From an uncultured Chloroflexia bacterium (GTDB lineage Bacteria; Chloroflexota; Anaerolineae; CG2-30-64-16), in the NCBI GenBank assembly GCA_963837925.1, contig CAWIPK010000005.1:79376-143375 (forward strand): a stretch of 64,000 nt of DNA, in the 5' to 3' direction. Of the stretch, positions 38,167 through 47,456 are shown piece after piece (the stretch's first letter is position 1; each line of letters opens with the position of its first letter). The notes beneath the pieces are model-generated. The model did not search any database and had not been told where the DNA came from. It saw nothing but the letters and a program-made list of their open reading frames with translations. The position numbers were made by a program, and so were the translations under genes.

Positions 38167-38558
38167 AGCGGGGACAGATCATAAAGGGCCAGCCACTGCG
38201 CTGGGCCACCGTGCTGCTCTGGATGGCCTTGATTTTCTTCTTGTCGGCGCAGTCTCAGTTGCCGAACCTGACCCCCGCCGCGCCCGGCCTGGAGGAGATC
38301 GGTGGGCACCTGTCTGCCTATTTCGTACTGGCGCTCTTGCTGCGCTGGACCCTTGCCGGCGCCGGCGTGCGCCACCCCGCCTGGTGGGCGGTGGGACTCT
38401 GTGCCCTCTACGGCATCAGCGACGAATTCCATCAGAGTTTCGTCCCGCATCGCGACCCGGCGGTCGGCGACTGGATGAACGACGTGCTGGGAGCCAGCGC
38501 CGCCATGCTCCTCAGCTGGCTGGCAACTCGCCTCACGCTTCGGCATCGTTCTCGCTGA
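38163..38558 (+). CDS. VanZ-family membrane protein.
   Basis: 131 aa. VanZ signature LYGISDEFHQSFVPHRDPAVGDWMNDVLGA. Overlaps the GT4 stop by 4 nt. Confidence 0.7.
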   Translation: MKRGQIIKGQPLRWATVLLWMALIFFLSAQSQLPNLTPAAPGLEEIGGHLSAYFVLALLLRWTLAGAGVRHPAWWAVGLCALYGISDEFHQSFVPHRDPAVGDWMNDVLGASAAMLLSWLATRLTLRHRSR

Positions 38559-39321
38559 CGCCATTTCCATTGGCCGAGATCTCCGCCCCCTCTACCGGCC
38601 GGATGACGATCTCGCCAAAGAGCAGGCTCTGCTCGGCCTGCACCTGGTGGCGCTTCAACAACTCCAGCAAGGCCTGCAGGGTCACGATGATCTCCACCCG
38701 ATTGCGCGTGAACCGGAGCAGCGAACCGAACACGACCGGACGGTTTCCGGCTGTCGCCTGGGCGATCAGCCGTATCTGGTCATGGATGGTCACGGTGAAT
38801 GGTGCCACGACTGTGCCCACCGGGGGCTTTGGTAGCTCGACCACGAACGCTGCCTGCGCGGCAGCCAGCAGGTCCGCCAGCGACATGGCGTCACTTTCAA
38901 GGTGGCGCTCGAGCTCTGGCGGACCGGCCACGCGCAGGTAACTGCGCAATCCCCGTTCCTCGATGAACCGCAAGGCCTCCGCCGCGTCACGGAAGCGCTT
39001 GTACTCGCGCAACTGCCGGGCCAGCGCCTCGCCGGGATCCTCTTCGTCCTCGCCGTTCTCGCTATTGGTGGGCTGAGGCAGCAGCAGGCGCGACTTGATG
39101 TAGACCAGCCGGGCGGCCATCACCAGGAAGTCCGCCAGCGTGCCCGGCTGCACCTTCTCGATCGATCTGACGAAGTCCAGGAACTGGTCCGCGATCTGCG
39201 CCAGCGAGACGGCGGTGATATCGAGCTTCTCGCGCTCGATCAGGTGCAAGAGCAGGTCCAGCGGACCTTCGAAGACCGGCAGACGCACCTGGTAGGCTTC
39301 ATTCTGTAAGGAAGCGAGCAT
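38533..39321 (-). CDS. scpA: Segregation and condensation protein A.
   Basis: FEGPLDLLLHLIEREKLDITAVSLAQIADQFLDFV is the ScpA N-terminal signature. 262 aa. Confidence 0.85.
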   Translation of the reverse strand: MLASLQNEAYQVRLPVFEGPLDLLLHLIEREKLDITAVSLAQIADQFLDFVRSIEKVQPGTLADFLVMAARLVYIKSRLLLPQPTNSENGEDEEDPGEALARQLREYKRFRDAAEALRFIEERGLRSYLRVAGPPELERHLESDAMSLADLLAAAQAAFVVELPKPPVGTVVAPFTVTIHDQIRLIAQATAGNRPVVFGSLLRFTRNRVEIIVTLQALLELLKRHQVQAEQSLLFGEIVIRPVEGAEISANGNGVSENDAEA

Positions 39322-39362
39322 CAGACCTCAAAACGCTGGGAATTGAACCTTCGACGCCAACA

Positions 39363-42300
39363 TCAGGCGTCGAAGGTCTTGAACTCTTTGCCGGCCGCCG
39401 CCATATCGTCCAGTATTTGCTTTGTTTCTGCGAACGAGGCGCCGCCTATGCGTTCCACTTTGCAGCCTGCCGCCCGCAGGTCTTGCTCGACCTGGTCGGG
39501 AATCCCTAGCGGCCCGCCCACGATGGTCACGTACCGGGCGCTACGGGCGTCTTCGGCCGAGAAGCCGGCCGTCGGCTGGAAGCGGGCGATGTAGTTGATG
39601 GCCCCGTTCCAGTCATCCCTGGCCCAATCGGTCGCACTTCGCCAGAAAAGCAGATAGTGGTTGACGCTCGCGCAGCCTGCTGCCGCCGCCTGGACTGCCC
39701 GCACCCGCGTCTGCAGCAGGTCACGCCACTTCTGGCCAGACTGCCATTGATTGCCAGGGCACTCTGTTGCGCTCTCCGGATACTCCCTGTGGCCCAGCAC
39801 CCGCTCGATGGGGATGCCTAGTTCCTGCATCAGCCAGGCCACCAGGTCCCCCAGCCGCTCGATCTGCAGTGGGGTGGGGATCACGTCGTTGAAGTTACCG
39901 GCCGTACAAATGCCCACCAGGCAACTGTTGTTATTGTACACGTTGTAGGCGATTGTCTCCAAGCGGTTGACCTGATAGATCGTCCCGTCCGCTTCGACCA
40001 GGAAATGGTAGCCGATCCCCGGCCAACCCTGGCTCACGTGGTAGGCGGCGATCGATGAGGGCGCCACATTCGCTGGCGCCGCGCTGTGATGGATGGCCAG
40101 GTGCGTGATGCTGCCCTGCGCCCGCGTGTCGTAGCGCAAATTTGGGTGCTTGGGTAACTGGTCGGTGATGTCTTTGATCGCGGGACGTGCCGCCCGCGCC
40201 GGTGCCGCGGGTTGTGCCGGGCCGGCCTGCAGAGACTGGATGCATGCCTGCAAATCGCTGATCTGCTGCTGCATCGCAGCCAGTTGCGCCGCCAACTGCT
40301 CGTTGTCGCCGGTGAGGGCTTGGATCCGCTGCGCCAGCTCGCTCTGATCGACCGTCAGCGCCTGCACCTGTCCCAGCAGCTTCGCCTTGTCATCTGCCAG
40401 CGCGCCGGTCTCGGCCTGTAGTTCATCGCGTTCGCGGGTCAATGCGGCCAGGCTGTTTTGAGCCGCCAATAGGCTGGCCTGGAGGCCGGCCAGGTCGTCT
40501 GCGGCGGGCGCAGGCGCCGGGCTGCCTTGCAGGCGGGTGATGGCGTCGAGGAGCAGGTTTTTCCAGGCCTTGCCCTGCGACCACTGTAGCCCCGGGGATT
40601 GCGTGGCGATGAAGTCGCTGGCGCCCTTGACGCGCTCCGCCGGGATCTGGTACTCCTGCATCAGCCACGCGCTTAGCCGGGCGGCCGAGTCCATTTGAGC
40701 TTGCGCCGGCACGTCTTCGTTGAAGTTGCCGGCCAGCCCGATATTGATCCCCTGCGCGATCCAGGTCTGCGATAGATCCACTGCCGCCTCGATCGGTTCG
40801 GTCTGCAGGATCGAGCCGTCGGGTCCGATGAAAAACTGGTACAGGATCGCTCCCCAGCGCTTCTGATGGGCGGCGGCCACGCGTTCGACGCCGACCGTGG
40901 CGTCGACTGCCGTGTGGTTGAAGACCAGAAAGCGAATCTGGTCGGCCGGCCGGCTCTTGAGCGCGCCATCGTTGTGGGGTAAGCGCGCGCTGATATCGGT
41001 CAGGGGTGGGGCGCTGAGCAGTTGTTCCGCGGCCCGTGAAGGTGGCCGGTTGGTTTCTCGACCCAGCTCTGGCGTCGCGCCGTCCTCGAGGCTGACGATC
41101 TCGACGCCGGGCAGGATCAAGCGGCGCTCGCTCTCGGCGGCCTGCGCGGCCGGGCTCACGGCATCATCCCCGGCGTCTGATCGTGCTTGTGGCGCCGGTG
41201 CCTGCGGCTGATCGCCCAGCGCACGTTGTCCGGCGTGCTCGGCCTGCCCCGTCTGCAGTTGCTCGCTGCGGGTTTGTGTGCCCAGAATGGCCCGGACTTG
41301 CTGCAGCAGCATATCCTTCCAACGCCAGCCGCTCATCCACTGTATCCCGGGCGATTGGGTGGCAACAAACTCGCTGGCGCCGCGCAAGGCGCTTTCGTCC
41401 AGGCCGTATTTTGCCAGCAACCAGGCCACCAACTGGGACAGAGCGCTCAGTTGCGCGGGAGACGGCACTGTCTCGTTGAAGTTGCCCGCCACATAGATGT
41501 TGATGCCATTATAGAACCAGGCCAAATCTGGGGTGACGGCTTCGTCCAGCGGTTCCGTCTGCTGGATCTGTCCGTCACCGCAAACGTAATACTGGCTGAC
41601 AATCCCAGGCCAACGCGCCCGTTGTGCGCGCGCCACGGCCGCCGCGCCGACCTCGGGTCGCACGGCCGTATGATTGACGACGACGTACTTGACGTCTCCG
41701 GCAGAACGTTTTGCGAAACCGGCCGGGTCACGCGGCAATTGGAGCGTAATGTCCGTGACCGGTGGCATGGGCAGCTGCCCGCCGCCCTCCTTCGCCAGTT
41801 GAGCGGCGATCTCTGCCTGCAACTGGACGATCAGCCCCTGCAGCTGGCTAACCTGGCTCTGCAGCGAGCCGTTCTGCTTCTGGAGCACACTGTTCTGCGC
41901 CTGCAACTCGGCCACCTGGGCCCTGAGCTGAGCGATTTGCTGGCTAACGTCCACTTGTTGCACCTTTACCTCCACCGAAACCGGCTTGCTGGCTTTCATT
42001 GCGGCAAACCAGCCGTCGCTATCTTCTACCAGGTCCCACTGTAGCCGGTAGGCGCCGGCATCACCCGGTGCCGCCACGCGGGCCTGAATCGACACAGTCT
42101 CATCTGGTTGCACCGTTCGTGCGAGTGGCGTGCGCAGCGCGGGCTGAGGGGCCGCGGCCACGGGCTCCCCGCGGCTGTTCAGCCACTGATAGCCCAGCCG
42201 GACCCGCTCGCAGTCCCACGGTTTGCACCCCGAATTGCGCAGTACGAGCGCCACCTCCACCGTCTGCCCGGCGTCCATCTGCGATGGCGTGTTCTGGCTG

Positions 42301-43349
42301 AGGAAGTCCACGCCGTAGATCGGGGGCGGTGGGATGCTCGGCCAGCCGTACTGGTAGGCCATGGCCTGTCGGAGATCCTCGATGACCCCGCCCTTGCCGT
42401 CGATGACCCACTGGTCGTCCCTCGACCAGCGATAGAGGATAACGGCGCGAATCGTCTGATGGCATGGCTGCCGGTTCCACCAGTCGATCTCGCCGTATAC
42501 TCGCTGCACCCAGCCAGTGTTCTTGTCGAGCCACGGTTCGCCCTGGTCTGTCTCCGTCAGGTAGACCGGCAAAGCGCGCATGGCGCGCGGTACGGCGTCC
42601 AGGAAGTCCTGGTAGCAGCGAAAGTCGTAATGCCGATGCGCGAACGGTGGCTGCATCCAGGTGTCGGTATAGACGAGGCTGGGATCTTGACCATGAGTAT
42701 AAGCGTGAAGCGCAATTCCGTCGCAATTGCTTGGTCCTATTGTCTTGAGCAGATCCTGCAGGTAGGTGACCCAGTCTCCCAGCGGGTTACCGGTGTAGGT
42801 CGTCTGGTTGTTCCATGGCCCGACCCCCGCGACCAACACCTGGTCCGCCCCATGGCCGGGCAGGGCTTTAATGGCTTTGCGACAGCGGAGGTAGCAGTCG
42901 GCATATAGTCCCGGGACGATCACCTCGCCGGAAAGTGTCGGCTTGCCACCGCCGTCGAAGCCGACGCCTGGTCTTTCGATCGGTAGGTTGGGTTCATTGC
43001 CGATGACCCAAATATGGCAGCCGGGCGAGGCAGCCGCCCAGTTCGCGCAGCGCTGCGCGAACTGGGCGTAGCGTCTGGAGTGGGGGATGGTGCCTTCGGG
43101 CGCGTAGCCGTTGTTGAGGCGCGCGATGATTCCGAAGCCTCGGTTGGCCCAGGGACTGTAGTCGTGGCCCGAATGGTCGCTCGGATCGCTTCCCAGCTTC
43201 TCGGTGAAGAGGATCCAGCCGAACAGGTTGCGCTCGGCCAAAACGCTTTCGCCGCCTGGATCGTGCAGGCCGTACAGGTATGGTGAGTCGTTCAGTGGGC
43301 GGGGCATGGCCCCCTCCATGGGTGGTAGAGCAGGCGGAAGCAACCACAA
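39363..43349 (-). CDS. Multidomain secreted cell-wall hydrolase (1328 aa). It has an N-terminal GH5-like TIM-barrel glycosidase domain, a beta-sandwich region, coiled-coil segments, three Amidase_2 (N-acetylmuramoyl-L-alanine amidase / PGRP-like) domains of which only the third keeps the Zn ligands, and a C-terminal cell-wall-binding-repeat-like tail.
   Basis: GH5-like motifs IWVIGNEPN and YLTETDQ. Q/L-rich heptad stretches (LRAQVAELQAQNSVLQKQNGSLQSQVSQLQ). Amidase_2 copy 3 has HHSA, GYHF, GHRE and TECPG. Copies 1 and 2 have NHTA, YYV/YQF, GASEF/GASDF and TQSPG. The tail reads ERIGGASFAETKQIL. Confidence 0.75.
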   Translation of the reverse strand: MWLLPPALPPMEGAMPRPLNDSPYLYGLHDPGGESVLAERNLFGWILFTEKLGSDPSDHSGHDYSPWANRGFGIIARLNNGYAPEGTIPHSRRYAQFAQRCANWAAASPGCHIWVIGNEPNLPIERPGVGFDGGGKPTLSGEVIVPGLYADCYLRCRKAIKALPGHGADQVLVAGVGPWNNQTTYTGNPLGDWVTYLQDLLKTIGPSNCDGIALHAYTHGQDPSLVYTDTWMQPPFAHRHYDFRCYQDFLDAVPRAMRALPVYLTETDQGEPWLDKNTGWVQRVYGEIDWWNRQPCHQTIRAVILYRWSRDDQWVIDGKGGVIEDLRQAMAYQYGWPSIPPPPIYGVDFLSQNTPSQMDAGQTVEVALVLRNSGCKPWDCERVRLGYQWLNSRGEPVAAAPQPALRTPLARTVQPDETVSIQARVAAPGDAGAYRLQWDLVEDSDGWFAAMKASKPVSVEVKVQQVDVSQQIAQLRAQVAELQAQNSVLQKQNGSLQSQVSQLQGLIVQLQAEIAAQLAKEGGGQLPMPPVTDITLQLPRDPAGFAKRSAGDVKYVVVNHTAVRPEVGAAAVARAQRARWPGIVSQYYVCGDGQIQQTEPLDEAVTPDLAWFYNGINIYVAGNFNETVPSPAQLSALSQLVAWLLAKYGLDESALRGASEFVATQSPGIQWMSGWRWKDMLLQQVRAILGTQTRSEQLQTGQAEHAGQRALGDQPQAPAPQARSDAGDDAVSPAAQAAESERRLILPGVEIVSLEDGATPELGRETNRPPSRAAEQLLSAPPLTDISARLPHNDGALKSRPADQIRFLVFNHTAVDATVGVERVAAAHQKRWGAILYQFFIGPDGSILQTEPIEAAVDLSQTWIAQGINIGLAGNFNEDVPAQAQMDSAARLSAWLMQEYQIPAERVKGASDFIATQSPGLQWSQGKAWKNLLLDAITRLQGSPAPAPAADDLAGLQASLLAAQNSLAALTRERDELQAETGALADDKAKLLGQVQALTVDQSELAQRIQALTGDNEQLAAQLAAMQQQISDLQACIQSLQAGPAQPAAPARAARPAIKDITDQLPKHPNLRYDTRAQGSITHLAIHHSAAPANVAPSSIAAYHVSQGWPGIGYHFLVEADGTIYQVNRLETIAYNVYNNNSCLVGICTAGNFNDVIPTPLQIERLGDLVAWLMQELGIPIERVLGHREYPESATECPGNQWQSGQKWRDLLQTRVRAVQAAAAGCASVNHYLLFWRSATDWARDDWNGAINYIARFQPTAGFSAEDARSARYVTIVGGPLGIPDQVEQDLRAAGCKVERIGGASFAETKQILDDMAAAGKEFKTFDA

Positions 43350-43409
43350 AATGCTGCATCAATATTATACAACAAAAGCCTATTACGTGTCTAGCGTGTA
43401 TTTTCGCGT

Positions 43410-43437
43410 TTGCGAAACCAATTCCTTCAGGTATAAT
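43410..43437 (+). promoter_or_regulatory. Sigma70 promoter for the MBL-fold hydrolase gene: TTGCGA, 16-nt spacer, TATAAT.
   Basis: Sequence tTTGCGAaaccaattccttcaggTATAATcat, ~40 nt before the GTG start with GGGAGG RBS. Confidence 0.5.
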
Positions 43438-43475
43438 CATTTTCGTTTCGCCATTCAGATGGGAGGCAAGTTTCC

Positions 43476-44120
43476 GTGGATATTGATTGGTTTGGGCACT
43501 CCTGTTTTCGGCTGCGAGAGCAGGGTGTCACCATCGTAACCGACCCGTACGACAAGAGCATCGGCTACACCATACCGCGCGTGCGGGCGGATATTGTCAC
43601 GGTCAGCCACGAGTCGCCCGGACATACGGGAGTGAGCGCGATCAAAGGCGAGTTCAAGGTGCTCGACCGACCGGGCGAGTACGAGGTCAAGGGCGTTTTC
43701 ATCACCGGGGTTCAGACCTGGCGCAAGGCCGGCGCCCAGGGTGAGCCGACACAGGGAAATGTCGTCTACGTTTTTGAGTTCAATGACCTGACGCTTTGCC
43801 ACCTGGGAGATCTCTCGCAGGTCCTGACACAGGTTCAGGTCGAGGCCCTGCCAAACATCGATGTATTGATCGTGCCGGTGGGTGGGGGCACTGCCCTGAA
43901 CGCCGACGAGGCTGCGGAGGTCATCAGCCTGGTTGAGCCAAGCATCGTGATCCCAATGCATTACCAGACCCCGGTCGAGGTAGTGCATCTAGATCCCCTC
44001 AGCAAGTTCCTGAAGGAAATGGGCGTCACCGAGCACGCGCCGCAGGACAGTCTGCGCGTCACCCGCTCCGACCTGCCGCAGGAAACGCAGGTGGTGGTGC
44101 TCGGCTATAAGCAAGGCTGA
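43476..44120 (+). CDS. MBL-fold metal-dependent hydrolase.
   Basis: DWFGHSCFRL ... TDPY ... VTVSHESPGH ... HLGD ... pattern of beta-lactamase superfamily III hydrolases. 214 aa. GTG start. Confidence 0.75.
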   Translation: MDIDWFGHSCFRLREQGVTIVTDPYDKSIGYTIPRVRADIVTVSHESPGHTGVSAIKGEFKVLDRPGEYEVKGVFITGVQTWRKAGAQGEPTQGNVVYVFEFNDLTLCHLGDLSQVLTQVQVEALPNIDVLIVPVGGGTALNADEAAEVISLVEPSIVIPMHYQTPVEVVHLDPLSKFLKEMGVTEHAPQDSLRVTRSDLPQETQVVVLGYKQG

Positions 44121-44167
44121 GGTCCGGACCGCCCTCAGCCGGTCAGGACCCGGACCGAGGGGGAATC

Positions 44168-44893
44168 GTGCGGCGCCTGATCTCCAGTGGCGTTTGGGTC
44201 GGGCTGGCCGGCCTGCTTTTGTTTCTGGCCGGCTGCGCGAGCGGCGCGACCGCCGGCCGGCCTACCGCGCTGCCTCCCCGGCCCGCCGGCGCCACTCCGC
44301 AGGTGTCCGGCAGAGCTGGTGGGGACGTGACATCGCACCTGGGCGCCGGCGATGCCGCGTTCAGGGCAGGGGACCTGGCGACGGTTGAGCAGGAGCACCG
44401 TTCTGCTCTCGCACTCGATCCGGCCTCGACCGAGGCGAACTTCGGGTTGGGCAACGTGTATTTGCGAGCGGCCAGGCTGGACGAGGCGCAGGCTGCGTAC
44501 GAGGCGGCGCTGCGAGCCGATCCCGGCCAGTTGAACGCGCGGGCCGACCTGGGGGTGGTCTATTACCAGATGGGCGACTACATCAAGGCTGCCGAGCAGT
44601 ACAACCTCGTCTTGGAGGCCAACCCACACGATGCCCAGTCCCTCTATCTCCTTGCCGCCGTACGCCTGCAAGAACAGAACCTCCCCGAAGCCGAGCAGCT
44701 CCTGTTCAAGGCCCGCGACGCCAGACCCGATCTGCCCGAGACGTACTACGGTCTGGGCGCGCTGTACCAGCTCCAGGGGAAGAAAGACCAGGCGATTGCC
44801 AACTTCGAGAAGTTCTTGCAGATCGGTCCCGGTCAGGACCCGGCCGCCAAGGGATACGCGGAGCAGCAGCTCGAGCTGTTGAGGGGGCAGTGA
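44168..44893 (+). CDS. Tetratricopeptide-repeat lipoprotein.
   Basis: Lipobox LFLAGCAS. Several TPR units (ANFGLGNVYLRAARLDEAQAAYEAALRADP ...). 241 aa. Confidence 0.7.
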   Translation: MRRLISSGVWVGLAGLLLFLAGCASGATAGRPTALPPRPAGATPQVSGRAGGDVTSHLGAGDAAFRAGDLATVEQEHRSALALDPASTEANFGLGNVYLRAARLDEAQAAYEAALRADPGQLNARADLGVVYYQMGDYIKAAEQYNLVLEANPHDAQSLYLLAAVRLQEQNLPEAEQLLFKARDARPDLPETYYGLGALYQLQGKKDQAIANFEKFLQIGPGQDPAAKGYAEQQLELLRGQ

Positions 44894-44957
44894 CAGATCG
44901 GAGCGAGGAGGCTTGCCTCCGAAGAAGCGGAACTCCTTCTGCTCCCCCGGCAGCGCC

Positions 44958-47279
44958 TTAGCTTCTGCGCCGCCGGACCGGCCACCTCACGTAACGTCTG
45001 GCCAAACGCTTCCATAGGAGCGGCTCGAGCAGCCGCCATTCTCCGGCCACTGTCCGGAGAGTCTCGGGTGCGAATTGTTGGCGCCCGTATTGTTGGGCCA
45101 CCAGCAGACCCGTCAGGCGGTTGACAGGCTCACGGGCCTCGGGCAACGCCTGACCAAACGTGCGTGCGTGCTCCAGCGGGGTCATGCTCGCTGCCCACGG
45201 GACGTGCAGGCGCTCTGCCCATCGGTTCAGCAGTTCGAACAGCCGTAACAGCAGCCCGTTGTCGAGCTGGAACAGATCGCGGTTGCGGCGCCACACGAAC
45301 AGTGCCATTCCGCCGGCCATAGCGATGCCCAGCGCCCCAAGCCCAAGGCCAAGCGCATGGCTCTTGATCCAGTCTGCCGGTCCCGCCGTCTGCGCGGTGT
45401 CCACGGTCCCAACCGGCCCCGAACCTGCGTCCCGTTTCTGCTGCCGGATGTCTTGCATGTCCTGGTTAGGATCGCTCACGCCGCCGACGGGTGGCAGTGC
45501 CTGCTCCGGCGCTTGGGTCGGCCGCAGAAGCACCGGCTCCGAGGCCGTCGGCTCGAACTGCACCCAGCCATAAGACGGGAAGAATACCTCGACCCAGGCG
45601 TGTGCATTCTGCTCGAGCACCACGTAAGTCCCGGTCTGGCTGTCATAGTTCCCCGGCGCGTAGCCTGCCACGAAGCGTGCCGGAATGCCGATCGAGCGCA
45701 GCATCATCACCATTGCGCTGGCATAGTAGTCGCAATAACCCTGCTTGACGCCGAACAAGAAGTAATCAACCCCGTCTGCACCCGGGGGCGGGGCCGAGAT
45801 CTGCGTATTGTAGGGGAACTGGCGCAGATAGGCCTCGATGGCGGATGCCTTATCGAACTCGTTCTCCTGCCTGCCCGCCACACGTTGTGCCAACTGGTGC
45901 ACGCGGGCCGGCAGTTCCTTGGGCACCTGCAGGAAGCGTTGCTTGACCCAATCCGGGTAGTCGGTATTGTCGGCCCGCAGAACGCTTGGTGGCGCCATAC
46001 TGACGGCCGAGGACACCGTGTAGACGGTATCCTTGCGCAGGCTCACGCGGCTGCGCAGCATCGACACCAGCACCTGGCCGCCGCTCGCGCTGTCATCGAG
46101 CGGCGTCACATCCGCGTTGACCGGCAGGGAAGTGCCGATCGGCGTGGGCGGGCCAAAGAGCACGTTCTGGCCGGATTGAAGGGTATGGATCGTGGCAGTG
46201 ACCGCGCCGGTCATCTCGAAGATCGGCTGCGGGAAGCGCTTGCCCTGGTCGATCTGCACCACCTGCTGGTCGGTATTCAACCATCCCGACCCCGTGTATG
46301 TGTCATAGGTCGCGCCACGCCAGTAAGCGCGCATGGGCGCGCTTGCCTCGAAGACCGGTCTGTCGGTCAGCGAGACCGGCCCGCCGAGAGTGAGTGTTTT
46401 GCCGTAGGTGCTTACGTAGGTGGTGTTCTTGTACTTGAGCGACGTAAACATGCGCTGCCAGTCTTGCTGAACCTGCTGCCAGGGCTGGTGCAGCGGCTGG
46501 ATGATGTCGTCCAGTTTTGTCCCGTTTGTGTTGACGGCGGGCAGGAACCAGGCGGCGACCACGACAGTCACGGCGAAGATCAGGCCGTTCTTCAGAAAAT
46601 CCAGGTACATGTCCGGCGCGTAGCGGATGTGCTCCATTTGCCAGCGCGCTTCGTTACGTGCCAACTCAACGCGCACGGCCAGGAGCAAGACAGCGATCAG
46701 AAACGCTACCACGTAACCGCGCACATCCTGCGGTGCATAGTAAGCGTTAACCAGGATGCCGACGCCGGCCGGCAGCATCGCCTGCCAGACGCGCTGATGG
46801 CGGAAAAGCGTCCAGATCGCGAAGAAGGCGATCCACCAGCCAATGATGCACAACTGGATCACGAATACCCAGTTATCGCCGCTCGCCCGGCCGCTGACAA
46901 GGGCGTAATACCACTGTGAGTAGTGATGGGCCAGGACGATCAGGCCGTCGTGCACGTCTGAGGTTTGCACCAGGGTGCGGACCAGGCCGGTCGCGATCCA
47001 TGGGATGCTGCCCAGAAAGCCGTAGAAGATCGAAAAGCCACTGCCCCAGCGGGTCAGCGCGAGCAAAAACGCAAAAAGTCCGCCACCCAACACAGCGCTC
47101 TGCACGAGTCCCAGGCCGTCCGTCCAGCCCGCAGCTTCGACCGAGGCGGCGACGGTGAACAGCATCGCCAGGGCAAGCAGCAAGGCCAACCAACCTCCGC
47201 CGCGGTACAGCCTTTCGGCGGGACTGGAGGCCGGCGGCAGCTCGGTTATGACGGGCAACGAATGCGTATTAGCAGCCAC
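44958..47279 (-). CDS. Transglutaminase-like domain membrane protein (TgpA/DUF3488-DUF4129 type).
   Basis: N-terminal multi-TM region. Transglutaminase core GYCDYYASAMVMMLRSIGIPARFVAGY ... HAWVEVF. C-terminal TM plus DUF4129-like tail. 773 aa. Confidence 0.8.
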   Translation of the reverse strand: MAANTHSLPVITELPPASSPAERLYRGGGWLALLLALAMLFTVAASVEAAGWTDGLGLVQSAVLGGGLFAFLLALTRWGSGFSIFYGFLGSIPWIATGLVRTLVQTSDVHDGLIVLAHHYSQWYYALVSGRASGDNWVFVIQLCIIGWWIAFFAIWTLFRHQRVWQAMLPAGVGILVNAYYAPQDVRGYVVAFLIAVLLLAVRVELARNEARWQMEHIRYAPDMYLDFLKNGLIFAVTVVVAAWFLPAVNTNGTKLDDIIQPLHQPWQQVQQDWQRMFTSLKYKNTTYVSTYGKTLTLGGPVSLTDRPVFEASAPMRAYWRGATYDTYTGSGWLNTDQQVVQIDQGKRFPQPIFEMTGAVTATIHTLQSGQNVLFGPPTPIGTSLPVNADVTPLDDSASGGQVLVSMLRSRVSLRKDTVYTVSSAVSMAPPSVLRADNTDYPDWVKQRFLQVPKELPARVHQLAQRVAGRQENEFDKASAIEAYLRQFPYNTQISAPPPGADGVDYFLFGVKQGYCDYYASAMVMMLRSIGIPARFVAGYAPGNYDSQTGTYVVLEQNAHAWVEVFFPSYGWVQFEPTASEPVLLRPTQAPEQALPPVGGVSDPNQDMQDIRQQKRDAGSGPVGTVDTAQTAGPADWIKSHALGLGLGALGIAMAGGMALFVWRRNRDLFQLDNGLLLRLFELLNRWAERLHVPWAASMTPLEHARTFGQALPEAREPVNRLTGLLVAQQYGRQQFAPETLRTVAGEWRLLEPLLWKRLARRYVRWPVRRRRS

Positions 47280-47395
47280 AACTCCCTCGTGTTAATCTAC
47301 TCTATGGTTGATCTATTGTACGGGATAGCAGGCGTCTGTCAAGTGTCGAGCCTCTCAAACCGGTTTGACGCCGAGACGGCGCTCCGCCTACTCTG

Positions 47396-47424
47396 TTGAC
47401 ACGCCGCGTTCCCGCAGGTACAAT
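47396..47424 (+). promoter_or_regulatory. Consensus sigma70 promoter for the M42 peptidase cluster: TTGACA (47396-47401), 17-nt spacer, TACAAT (47419-47424).
   Basis: Sequence ctgTTGACAcgccgcgttcccgcaggTACAATcag. The leader is ~25 nt with AAGGAG RBS. Confidence 0.6.
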
Positions 47425-47456
47425 CAGTCTTGTTTTTCCGCCAAAGGAGTATGTCT

